From assembly GCA_024644005.1 (NCBI GenBank), contig JAHELU010000003.1, forward strand, positions 1-52,313: a stretch of 52,313 nucleotides of DNA. Direction: 5' to 3'. The position numbers were made by a program, and so were the translations under genes. The stretch's first letter is position 1. Each line of letters begins with the position of its first letter. This document shows positions 1-8,463 of the stretch, one piece after another. The notes below the pieces were generated by a model, which was not told the DNA's origin, did not search any database, and saw nothing but the letters and a program-made list of their open reading frames with translations. This DNA comes from Acidimicrobiales bacterium. Lineage in GTDB: Bacteria; Actinomycetota; Acidimicrobiia; Acidimicrobiales; SZUA-35.

Positions 1-792
1 GCCGAAGGGCTTGGTCGACGCTCCATCGATCACGTCCCAGAAGTCGATGTGGAGCGAGCGAGCGAGGATGGCCAGCTCGTTCACGAGGGCGATGTTGACG
101 TGGCGGAACGTGTTCTCCAGCAGCTTGGTGAGCTCCGCCTCCTTGGTGCCCTTCAGCGGCACGGTCCGGTCGACCAGGGTGTCGTAGAACGCCCGGATCG
201 CCCTCAGCGAGGGCTCGTCGATGCCCGACACCACCTTCGGGGTCCGCTCGAAGGTCCAGGTCTCGTTGCCGGGGTCGATCCGCTCCGGCGAGTAGCCGAG
301 GTGGAAGTCCTTGCCGGCCCACAGCCCCGACCCGGCCGCCAGCAGCGCGGCCACCACCTCGTCGGTGGTGCCGGGGTAGGTGGTGGACTCCAGGATGACC
401 GTGGCCCCGATGTCGAGGTAGCGGGCCAGGGTCTCGGTTGCCGATTGGATGAAGGAGATGTCCGGCACCCCCTCGGCCAGTGGCGTCGGGACGGTGATCA
501 CGGCGATGTCGAAGTCGGCCAGGTGGCGCTCGGACTCGGTCGGCCGGTAGCGGCCGGTGTCGAGGGCCAGACGGACGTCGTCGGCGGTGACGTCGTCGAC
601 GTGGCTCTCGCCGGCCACCAGGGTGGAGACCTTGCGCTTGTCGAGGTCGAACCCGATCACGTCGTAACCGGCCTCCACCGCTCGCATGGCCAGCGGCAGG
701 CCGACATAGCCCTGGCCCACCACCACGAGCTTGGTGGCCCGGTCGGCCTCGGCGGTCCGGGGCCGGCTGATCGGGCTGGTTCGTTCGGTCAT
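1..792 (-). CDS. nucleotide-sugar dehydrogenase (UDP-glucose/GDP-mannose dehydrogenase family), N-terminal ~264 aa; 3' end runs off the window
   Basis: Not in the ORF track because it has no stop in the window. Manual reverse translation from the ATG at 792..790 gives MTERTSPISRPRTAEADRATKLVVVGQGYVGLPLAMRAVEAGYDVIGFDLDKRKVSTLVAGESH. This is the GxGYVGLP Rossmann start typical of the family. ORF 49..2640 (+) is its antisense shadow. Confidence 0.85.
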   Translation of the reverse strand, partial: MTERTSPISRPRTAEADRATKLVVVGQGYVGLPLAMRAVEAGYDVIGFDLDKRKVSTLVAGESHVDDVTADDVRLALDTGRYRPTESERHLADFDIAVITVPTPLAEGVPDISFIQSATETLARYLDIGATVILESTTYPGTTDEVVAALLAAGSGLWAGKDFHLGYSPERIDPGNETWTFERTPKVVSGIDEPSLRAIRAFYDTLVDRTVPLKGTKEAELTKLLENTFRHVNIALVNELAILARSLHIDFWDVIDGASTKPFG

Positions 793-813
793 CGATGCTC
801 GTTTCCGGTGATC

Positions 814-2637
814 TCAGCTGACGACGAACGAGTCGTCGGTCAGCAGGCGATGGGCGTGGGCATAGGTTCTCGGTCCCAGCAGCTCGAGCGCCTCGGCCGG
901 GGCCGCTCGCTCGGCTGCGGTGTGGATGATCCGGGGGTGGATCTTGGCCAGCCCCACCTCGGACTCGGCGATGAGCTGCTCGTGGAGCTTCTCCCCCGGC
1001 CGGAGCCCGGTGAACTCGATGGCCGCCCCCGGGCTCAGCAGGGTGATCAGCTGGTTGGCCAGGTCGAGGATCCTCACCGGCTCGCCCATGTCGAGCACGA
1101 GGATCTCCCCCTGCCCGCCGATGGCCCCGGCCTGGACCACCAGCCGGACCGCCTCGGGGATCGTCATGAAGTAGCGGGTGGCGTCCGGGTGGGTGACCGT
1201 GAGGGCGTTGCCCTTGTCGAGCTGATCGAGGAAGGTGGGCAGCACCGAGCCCCGGGAGCCGAGCACGTTGCCGAACCGCACCGACAGGTAGGTGCGGCCG
1301 GTCCGCCGGGCCGCGCCGGCCGTGAGCCGCTCGGCCGCCAGCTTGGTGGCCCCCAGCACCGAGGACGGGTCGGCCGCCTTGTCGGTGCTGATGTTGACGA
1401 ACCGGTCCACGTCGACCTTCATCGCCGCATCGAGCAGGTTCTTGGTGCCGACGACGTTGGTCTTGACCCCCTCGATCGGGTGGTGCTCCAGCAGGGTGAG
1501 GTGCTTGAGCGCCGCGGTGTGGAAGACCACCTCCGGCCGGTGGAGCTCGAACAGGTCGACCACCCGGTCCCGGTCTCGGATGTCGGCCACGATCAGGCCC
1601 TCGCTGTCGAGCAGCGCCCTGCCCTCCATCGTGAGTTGCAGGCCGTGCAGCGCAGACTCGTCCCGATCCAGCAGGAACAGCTCCGACGGCTCGAACCGGC
1701 TGACCTGGCGGGACAGCTCGGCACCGATCGAGCCGCCGGCCCCGGTGATCAGGACCCGGCGGCCCCGGATGTAGCCGGACACCGACTCCAGATCGATCTC
1801 CACCGGGTCCCGACCGAGGAGATCGTCGACCGTCGGCGGCCGCACGTCGGCCACGGTCATCTTCTTGACCAGCTCGGAGGTGGCGGGCAGCACCCTGACC
1901 TCCAGCCGGGCCGTGGCGGCCAGGTTGGACGCCTCCTGGATCAGCTTCGAGGTGGCGCTGGGGATGGCGATCAGCAACACGTCGGCGTCATGGCGCTCGG
2001 CCACCGCCACCAGGTCGTGGCGGGTGCCCTCGACGGTGACCCCGGCGATCTGGCGGTTGGCCAGGGCCGGCTCGTCGTCGAGCAGGGCCACCGGGTAGTA
2101 CGCCGAGTTGGGGTCGGACAGCATGGCCTTGACCACCTGCTCGCCACCCTCACCGGCGCCGAACACGACGGTCCGCTTGCAGCGCCCGGCCTCGGGGCGG
2201 CGCTGGAGCTCCCAGTAGCGCCGCCACACCGCTCGGGAGCCGGCCATGAGGCCGAAGGCGGTGATGGCCCCCATCGCCACCCCCGAGGTCGGCAGGTCGG
2301 AGGTGGTGAACCGGAAGGCGACGTTGCCGAGGATCAGGGCCGACGTGGTGACGATCCAGGTGAACCCGAGGGCGATCACCTCCTCGAACGACGTGAACCG
2401 CCACCGGTACCGGTAGATGCCGGTCATGGTGCCGATCAGGGCCTGGGCCACGACCGCCACGACGCCGAGGGCCACCAGCTCGGTGATGGCGTGTGTCCAG
2501 CCGAACGCCATCTTCAGGACCGCCCCCACCGGCAAACCGACGAGCCATGCGGCACAGTCTGTGCTGAGGGGGAAGTATCTCGGCCTCGCATAGACCCATT
2601 TGAGGATGCTTCTGCCGAGGTCCTTTGTTCCGCTCAC
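814..2637 (-). CDS. membrane-anchored polysaccharide biosynthesis protein, CapD/PglF/WbpM-type nucleotide-sugar 4,6-dehydratase
   Basis: ORF 814..2769. It has N-terminal hydrophobic helices, then the motifs VVFGAGEGG, VLITGAGGSIG, HTAALKH, STDKA and VRFGNVLGSRGSV. I set the start at the in-frame GTG at 2637 (VSGTKDLGRSILKW). The true start could lie anywhere in 2637-2769. Confidence 0.85.
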   Translation of the reverse strand: MSGTKDLGRSILKWVYARPRYFPLSTDCAAWLVGLPVGAVLKMAFGWTHAITELVALGVVAVVAQALIGTMTGIYRYRWRFTSFEEVIALGFTWIVTTSALILGNVAFRFTTSDLPTSGVAMGAITAFGLMAGSRAVWRRYWELQRRPEAGRCKRTVVFGAGEGGEQVVKAMLSDPNSAYYPVALLDDEPALANRQIAGVTVEGTRHDLVAVAERHDADVLLIAIPSATSKLIQEASNLAATARLEVRVLPATSELVKKMTVADVRPPTVDDLLGRDPVEIDLESVSGYIRGRRVLITGAGGSIGAELSRQVSRFEPSELFLLDRDESALHGLQLTMEGRALLDSEGLIVADIRDRDRVVDLFELHRPEVVFHTAALKHLTLLEHHPIEGVKTNVVGTKNLLDAAMKVDVDRFVNISTDKAADPSSVLGATKLAAERLTAGAARRTGRTYLSVRFGNVLGSRGSVLPTFLDQLDKGNALTVTHPDATRYFMTIPEAVRLVVQAGAIGGQGEILVLDMGEPVRILDLANQLITLLSPGAAIEFTGLRPGEKLHEQLIAESEVGLAKIHPRIIHTAAERAAPAEALELLGPRTYAHAHRLLTDDSFVVS

Positions 2638-2761
2638 TGACCCACCGTCTCTGGAATCCCGGCCGGTGTCGTTGCAGGGTCGGCGGGGCCGCGTTGCCAC
2701 GGGCCCGGGCGGTATCTGCTTGACATGCGGCGGCTTCCCTCTCTCTGGACCGCGCGAAGCA

Positions 2762-2863
2762 GGGCTCAACGAGCCCGTTTCCAGCGGTCGACTCCATATC
2801 CAGCTCGGAGAGGAACGAGCCCTCTCGAACTACCTAGCTTCGAGGGGAACGAGGCCCCTCGAA
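2762..2863. promoter_or_regulatory. three stem-loops sharing the motif AACGAG(G)CCC in the leader/promoter region of the CapD-like gene
   Basis: GGGCTC-aac-GAGCCC at 2762-2776. GAGAGG-aacgagc-CCTCTC at 2808-2826. TTCGAGGGG-aacgagg-CCCCTCGAA at 2839-2863. The second and third differ by a compensatory A:T to G:C change in the stem. Confidence 0.4.
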
Positions 2864-3070
2864 CTTCTGCCTTCGCCTGCGCACCTGTCCATGGACTGTA
2901 GAGGGTGCCCGATAGCTGCGCAATGACCCAGGTGAATTACCCAAAATGCAATCCAAATATGTCGCTGGCTATAGCTGTAAGCGGTTGAAGCAGCGTCAAG
3001 TAATGTGCAAAGCGAAGCGACGCCAGGCAGTCTCAGGCAGGACCAGGCAGGGCAGGGCGCTTCGGCCGGC

Positions 3071-3850
3071 TCAGCGGTCGGCGAGCTGCTCCCGCATCGC
3101 GACGGTGGTCGATTCGAGGATGTGGCCGATCATCGCCGTGATGCTCTCGTCGAGCACACCGGTCCACTCGTCCATGAAGATCTTCTTCATCTCGATGGCG
3201 ATCGCGCAGCCACGGTCGCCGTACCGGGCGTTGATCCACCGGGGCATGTGACCCCCCTTGAATCGGACGTTCGTCCGCACATCGAGGACCTCGTCGTCGA
3301 AGGGCAGCTCCCCCAGCATCTGGCCGAAGGCCGAGACCACCGGGTCCCAGGCCGGGTCGATCGACTCGGTGCCGAGATTGACCTCCGGATTCAGCTCCGG
3401 GTCGTCGACCGGGGCGTCCGGCCCCCGCCGGCGATGGTTGTAGGAGTGGATGTCGAGCACCACCAGGTGGCCGTGGGCCTCGACGATGCCGTCACACAGC
3501 TCACCGAGCTCGGTGTAGAACCGGTCGTAGATCGCCAGCGACTCCTCGACGATGTCGTCACCCGGCTCGGCCTGCCAGATGTCGAGGCCCCAGGCATCCT
3601 CGGGCCGCACGTAGATCGCCTTCTCCCTCGGCCGGTTCAGGTCGACCTCGAAACGGGACTGGTGGACGACGATGCGGTTCTCCGCCACCCCGACCCACTC
3701 ATCGGTGAACGGATCCTCCTCCCGCAGCCGGACGTCCTCCGGCAGCTTCATCAGGGCCTCGACCTCGGGCCGCAGCTGGTGACCGGCATGGATGGCGGTG
3801 GCGAGGATCGGGTCGTCCCCGGTGGTGATGGTCCAGTTGTCGGCGGTCAC
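3071..3850 (-). CDS. N-formylglutamate amidohydrolase (FGase) family hydrolase
   Basis: 259-aa ORF with AIHAGH and LDIHSYNHRR motifs and an overall FGase-like look. Its GTG start overlaps the stop of the upstream ATP-grasp gene (GTGA), which suggests translational coupling. Confidence 0.8.
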   Translation of the reverse strand: MTADNWTITTGDDPILATAIHAGHQLRPEVEALMKLPEDVRLREEDPFTDEWVGVAENRIVVHQSRFEVDLNRPREKAIYVRPEDAWGLDIWQAEPGDDIVEESLAIYDRFYTELGELCDGIVEAHGHLVVLDIHSYNHRRRGPDAPVDDPELNPEVNLGTESIDPAWDPVVSAFGQMLGELPFDDEVLDVRTNVRFKGGHMPRWINARYGDRGCAIAIEMKKIFMDEWTGVLDESITAMIGHILESTTVAMREQLADR

Positions 3851-4890
3851 AGCGTCGCCATCTCGACGTTGTTGAAGTTCCGTTGGTAGTAGCCCATGTA
3901 GTCGACCTTGCGCTCCAGACTGTCGATCACCGCATCGTTGAAGTTGACCCCCTCGAGCTTCTGGGACGACCCGAGGCCCCCGGGGCTGAACACGTTGATC
4001 TCCATCAGCTTGTCGCCGACGATGTCGAGCCCGACGAGGAACATCCCGTCCTGGACCAGCTTCGGTCGCACGATCTCGGCCAGCTCGAAGTCCTTGTCGG
4101 TGAGGGTGGCCTTGGCCAGCGTGCCCCCGGCGTGGAGGTTGGAGCGCATGTCACCACCGCTGCGGACCCGGCGGAAGGCGGCGTAGCGTCCCTTGTGTCG
4201 CAGCGGCGTGCCGTTCATGAGGAACAGCCTGGTGTCGCCGTGCTCGGCCTCGGTCAGGTACTCCTGGGCGATGATGTAGCCGTCGCGTGCCACCGCGTCG
4301 ATCATCTGGTTGAGGTTGGCCGGATCGTCGGCCCGCACCAGGAAGACGCTCTCGCCGCCGGAGCCGTGCAGCGGCTTGAGCACCGCCCGGCCCTGGTCGG
4401 CCACGAACTCCCGGATGAGGCTCCGGTCCCGGCTGATGAGCGTCGTGGGCCGCACCTGCTCGGGGAAGAGCTGGAAGTACATCTTGTTCTCGGCCTTGGC
4501 CAGCCCGTTCGGGTCGTTCAGCACGATCACGCCGTGGCGCATCGCCACCCGACCGAAGTCGAGAGCGGCCGTCTTGGCCCACTCCCGCCTGCCCTTCTCG
4601 TCCGACGGGACGTTGCGCAGGAACAGGACATCCAGCTCGTCCACCGTGACCCGCTCCCGTATCGCCTTCGGGCCGTGCAGGTCCCGGATGTAGCCGACGC
4701 CGTCCTTGTAGCGAGCCTTCGGCACCCGGGTGGCCTTGGCCCGGACGAGCTCGTCGGGGTCGTAGGCCAGGTCGCCGACGCTGATCACCCAGGCCTCGTG
4801 GCCCCGATTGGTGGCGGCGACACCCAGCCGGGTGGTCGTGTAGCCGGTCTCCTCGGTCTTGATGTCGTTGACGACGAATCCAATGCGCAC
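3847..4890 (-). CDS. glutathione-synthetase-like ATP-grasp ligase
   Basis: ORF 3847..4965 with LKPLHGSGGESVF, GDTRLF, GDMRSNLHAGG and EINVFSPGG motifs. I chose the GTG start at 4890 because GGGGAGG lies 5 nt upstream. Confidence 0.85.
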   Translation of the reverse strand: MRIGFVVNDIKTEETGYTTTRLGVAATNRGHEAWVISVGDLAYDPDELVRAKATRVPKARYKDGVGYIRDLHGPKAIRERVTVDELDVLFLRNVPSDEKGRREWAKTAALDFGRVAMRHGVIVLNDPNGLAKAENKMYFQLFPEQVRPTTLISRDRSLIREFVADQGRAVLKPLHGSGGESVFLVRADDPANLNQMIDAVARDGYIIAQEYLTEAEHGDTRLFLMNGTPLRHKGRYAAFRRVRSGGDMRSNLHAGGTLAKATLTDKDFELAEIVRPKLVQDGMFLVGLDIVGDKLMEINVFSPGGLGSSQKLEGVNFNDAVIDSLERKVDYMGYYQRNFNNVEMATL

Positions 4891-5145
4891 TGCGCCTCCC
4901 CTTCGGGCCGCTGGCGCTCTCGATCCAACGGCTACCGTTGCGGGCCGCATGCTCAGGGGACGCACAGCTGCGTTGTCCAGCCTCGCTGGCTGCCCTCATC
5001 GTACGCCGGGGCCACGGCTCCGACAAAGCTGTCTGCTCGGCAGTAGCCTGTCCGTTGAGGTGGGCTCTCTGCCGACCATCTCAGCCCCTGACGTCCCGCC
5101 AACGGTGGCCGTCATCCCGGCCCATCGAGGACGGGCACGGAGGAC

Positions 5146-5173
5146 GGGCAGCGACGACAGGGCAGCGACGACA
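5146..5173. repeat. 14-nt tandem duplication (GGGCAGCGACGACA x2, plus a partial third copy)
   Basis: Read directly in the divergent intergenic region between the ATP-grasp and QEGLA genes. It is preceded by GGACGGGCA x2. Confidence 0.7.
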
Positions 5174-5192
5174 GGGCATCGAGGAGAGGGCC

Positions 5193-7088
5193 ATGGCGAA
5201 GACGACGGTCAAGTTGGATCAGGAGCTGATCGACTCGCTGACCGAGCAGCTGCGCCACAACCGCCCGATCAGACGGGTCCTCGGCAGCGACGGCGTGCTC
5301 AACATCGACCGCCAGCTCCCCTTCCTGTTCGTGTACCGCCCCCCGCCCGGGGAGGCGAACTCGGTGTTCTCGACCATCTTGACCGGCGGGGCCTCCTACC
5401 TCCTGGCCCCCGCCGACCCGAAGACCCGGGCGTGGACGAAACGGCTGGTGGCCGAGATCGCCGAGCAGCTGTCCGCGGTGTTCGGCTCGTTCCTCATCAT
5501 CGAGCTCTGGCCGGCTCAGGAGGTGGAGGTCAACGAGAAGTCCCCTGCCGCAGTGCAGCCTGCGTTCTCGGTTCGTCACGACCAGACAGATGGGACCTCG
5601 GCCGCCCTGGAACGGCTCGTTTCGTCGCTCGAGCGGATCGTCGTCATGAAGCAGAAGGCCAGGGTGGAGCGGGTCTCCCTCGCCAACGTCGGCCGACCCG
5701 GCATGGCCCGCCTCCTCTCGCCCAAGACCGAGGACGACCTCAACGTCACGCTGCTCGGCGTCGAGGTGTCCCCCATCTACCTCGACCCCGAGACCGGTGA
5801 CGTGCTGCCCCTCGTCGGCCGGGCGCTGGCCAGGCTGACGGCCCGCTCGCTGCAACGGGCCGCCTTCGAGTTCGCCCGGGCAGAGACCAACGATCGGTCC
5901 ATGCACTATCACGCGCTCGGCCGGCGGACCTTCGTCGCCGCCGCCAAGCGGGTCGACGGGCAGCTCGCCGCGGTCGCCGAGTCCTTCGATCTGCTGCTGG
6001 CGGTCACCCCCACCAACTCCGACGCCGCCCTCCGGGCGTTCCGGCGCTCGAAGTTCCTGCGGGCCCCGAGGTTCCACTACCGGCCGACGACCGTCGACCC
6101 GGATCTGCTGAAGCGACGGCTCTGGAACATCAAGATCGAACAGGTGGAGGACCCCGTCCTCGACCAGCTGTTCCGGGAGAAGCGACGGGAGCTCGACCTG
6201 AAGCTGACCCTGCTGGCCGACCGGGAGCGACACCGGTTCCTCCACACCAGCATGGCGCTCTACGGGCGGGTGAGGGCAGACCTGCTGGCCTCGGCCAACA
6301 GCATCCTCGACGAGGTCGAGCCGCCCGACAGCTCACCGACAGGCCAGCGGACCGTGACCGCCGGTGCCTTCATCGCCAGGGCCCAGGCCGAGCTCGATCG
6401 GATGAGCAACACGGGCGAGATGGGCGGGCGCATCATCGTCCAGGACGACGTGTCGTCGCTGATGGTCTCGTCGGGCAATCTGATCGTCGGGGCCAACATG
6501 TCGTTCCCGAGCAACCGGGTCGAGCCGCTGATCCAGCACGAGGTCGGCACCCACGTGCTGACCTACTGGAACGGCCGGGCCCAGCCGTTCAAGCTGCTGG
6601 CCACCGGGCTGGCCGGCCACGACGAGCTGCAGGAGGGCCTGGCCGTCTTCGTCGAGTACCTCGTCGGCGGGCTCACCGGGCCGAGGCTGCGAACCCTGGC
6701 GGCCCGGGTCGTTGCCGTCTGCGCCCTGGTCGACGGCGCCACGTTCGTCGAGACGTTCCGGCTCCTCCGCCACGACTACGGCTTCTCGGAGCGGATGGCG
6801 TTCCTCGTGACGATGCGGGTGTTCCGGGGCGGCGGCCTGACCAAGGACGCGGTCTACCTCCGGGGCCTCGAATCGGTCATGAGCTACCTGGCCAAGGGGG
6901 GACGGCTCGACACGCTGTTCGTCGGCAAGATCGCCACGGAGCACGCCTCGGTGGTCGAGGAGCTGCAGCGGCGGCAGGTGCTGGAGCCGCCCCCGTTCCG
7001 ACCGTCCTACCTCGACCAGCCGGACTCCCACTACCGCATCGAGCGCATCAGGGAGAACGCCAAGCCGGCCGATCTGGTCGACGTGTGA
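5193..7088 (+). CDS. QEGLA-motif protein, DUF1704/MATCAP-type putative metallo-carboxypeptidase
   Basis: ORF 4938..7088. The ATG at 5193 is preceded by GAGGAGAGGG. It has an HExxH motif (HEVGTH) and the QEGLA motif (DELQEGLAVFVEY). Confidence 0.85.
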   Translation: MAKTTVKLDQELIDSLTEQLRHNRPIRRVLGSDGVLNIDRQLPFLFVYRPPPGEANSVFSTILTGGASYLLAPADPKTRAWTKRLVAEIAEQLSAVFGSFLIIELWPAQEVEVNEKSPAAVQPAFSVRHDQTDGTSAALERLVSSLERIVVMKQKARVERVSLANVGRPGMARLLSPKTEDDLNVTLLGVEVSPIYLDPETGDVLPLVGRALARLTARSLQRAAFEFARAETNDRSMHYHALGRRTFVAAAKRVDGQLAAVAESFDLLLAVTPTNSDAALRAFRRSKFLRAPRFHYRPTTVDPDLLKRRLWNIKIEQVEDPVLDQLFREKRRELDLKLTLLADRERHRFLHTSMALYGRVRADLLASANSILDEVEPPDSSPTGQRTVTAGAFIARAQAELDRMSNTGEMGGRIIVQDDVSSLMVSSGNLIVGANMSFPSNRVEPLIQHEVGTHVLTYWNGRAQPFKLLATGLAGHDELQEGLAVFVEYLVGGLTGPRLRTLAARVVAVCALVDGATFVETFRLLRHDYGFSERMAFLVTMRVFRGGGLTKDAVYLRGLESVMSYLAKGGRLDTLFVGKIATEHASVVEELQRRQVLEPPPFRPSYLDQPDSHYRIERIRENAKPADLVDV

Positions 7089-7187
7089 CGTCTCGGGGCG
7101 GGCCGGCCGGCGGTGACGTCGGAAGGGCGCCGAGGGTCCCTGTCGGTTCTTGCACCCGGGTGGCGGGCCATTGCTAGTGTTGGGCCC

Positions 7188-8039
7188 GTGCTGGGCGAGG
7201 CGGTCGGAGCGGCATTGAACACCGAGGTGATCTCGTGTCGCCACATCAAGGGTGGTGACTACCACGACGTCTTCCGGGTGGAGTTGGCCGACGGCCGGCA
7301 CGTATTCGCCAAGACCGATCGGGCCGGGGCGGCCGACGAGTTCATGACCGAGGCCGCCGGCCTGCGATGGCTCCGATCGGCCGGCGCCGTCCCGGTCCCC
7401 GAGGTGCTGGCGGTCAACAAGGCGGAGCCCGGATTCCTCATCCTCGAGTGGATCGACGTCGGCCGAGGCTCGAACGAGGACGACGAGACGTTCGGGCGGG
7501 CGCTGGCCCGGCTCCACACCTCCGGTGCGCCGGGATTCGGGCGGGAGGACGGTCGTCCCACCGGTCACCTCCGGCTGCCGAACGAGCCGTGCGGGTCGTG
7601 GCCCGAGTTCTTCGCCACCCGGCGGTTGCAGCCGCTGACCAGGGCGGCTGCCGACGCCGGCGCCCTGCCCCGCAAGGCCATCGCCGGGATCGACCGGGTG
7701 GCGGCCAGGATCGACATCCTGGTGGGGCCGAAGGAGCCGCCGGCCCGACTCCACGGCGACCTCTGGTCCGGCAACCGGATCACCGACGCCGAGGGCCGCA
7801 GCTGGCTCGTGAACCCGAAGGCGATCGGCGGCGACCGGGAGTTCGACCTCGCCATGATGCGGCTCTTCGGCGGCTTCTCCGACGCCTGCTTCGCAGCATA
7901 CGACGAGCTGTTTCCCATGGCCGACGGCTGGCGCCGTCGGCTGCCGCTCTACCAGCTGGCCCCCCTCATCGACCACGCCATCAAGTCCGGCGGGCACTAC
8001 GTCGGCCGGGTCGAGCAAGCCCTGCTCCAGCTCCGCTAG
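7188..8039 (+). CDS. fructosamine kinase family protein
   Basis: ORF 7113..8039 with IKGGDYHDVFRV, LHGDLWSGN and REFDLAMMRLFGGF motifs. The start is uncertain: GTG at 7188 or GTG at 7113. Confidence 0.8.
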   Translation: MLGEAVGAALNTEVISCRHIKGGDYHDVFRVELADGRHVFAKTDRAGAADEFMTEAAGLRWLRSAGAVPVPEVLAVNKAEPGFLILEWIDVGRGSNEDDETFGRALARLHTSGAPGFGREDGRPTGHLRLPNEPCGSWPEFFATRRLQPLTRAAADAGALPRKAIAGIDRVAARIDILVGPKEPPARLHGDLWSGNRITDAEGRSWLVNPKAIGGDREFDLAMMRLFGGFSDACFAAYDELFPMADGWRRRLPLYQLAPLIDHAIKSGGHYVGRVEQALLQLR

Positions 8040-8083
8040 AGCCTCCTGCGGCTGGCCGGCAGCCGCTAGTCTGCGGCCAGGGC

Positions 8084-8108
8084 GTCGTCGCGACCGAGGT
8101 GCGACGAC
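8084..8108 (+). terminator. GC-rich hairpin downstream of the fructosamine kinase gene
   Basis: GTCGTCGC-gaccgaggt-GCGACGAC, an 8-bp stem. There is no U tract, so terminator function is only presumed. Confidence 0.35.
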
Positions 8109-8180
8109 CTGTCTCTCGCCGCAGGCTGATCATCGATCGACTGCGGGCAACGGTCGGTTGTGACGGCGCGGCAAGCGTGG

Positions 8181-8197
8181 CACAATTGTGTACATGT
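8181..8197 (+). promoter_or_regulatory. overlapping palindromes at the antitoxin start, a likely TA operator and leaderless promoter
   Basis: CACAATTGTG (8181-8190), TGTACA (8189-8194) and ACATGT (8192-8197). The -10-like hexamer CACAAT lies 7 nt before the ATG at 8194. Confidence 0.4.
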
Positions 8198-8463
8198 CGA
8201 GCGAGTCGCTACGAACGGTGCGTGACCGGTTCTCTGAGTTCGTTGACCGGGTCCAGAGCCATCATGAACGTGTCGTCGTCACGCGCAACGGCTCACCGGC
8301 CGCAGTTCTCCTCAGTCCAGAGGATCTGGCGTCGCTCGAGGAGACGCTTGCGGTCCTCGAGGAGGACGCAGCCGTCGCTGAGTTGATCGAGGCACATCGT
8401 GCCTACGAGCGGGGCGATGTCGTTCGCGGGGTTGATGCCGTGGCCGACCTTCGTCTTCGATGA
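8194..8463 (+). CDS. type II antitoxin, Phd/YefM family
   Basis: MSSESLRTVRDRFSEFVDRVQSHHERVVVTRNGSPAAVLLSPEDLASLEETLAVL is typical Phd/YefM. The stop overlaps the toxin ATG (ATGA). The track ORF starts at GTG 8188. Confidence 0.85.
   Translation: MSSESLRTVRDRFSEFVDRVQSHHERVVVTRNGSPAAVLLSPEDLASLEETLAVLEEDAAVAELIEAHRAYERGDVVRGVDAVADLRLR

Noticed and set aside
49-2640. 863-aa plus-strand ORF spanning the first 2.6 kb.
   Set aside because: It is antisense to two genes with clear family motifs (the sugar dehydrogenase and the CapD-like dehydratase). Its Arg/Gly/Pro/His-rich low-complexity translation is typical of an open wrong frame in very GC-rich DNA.
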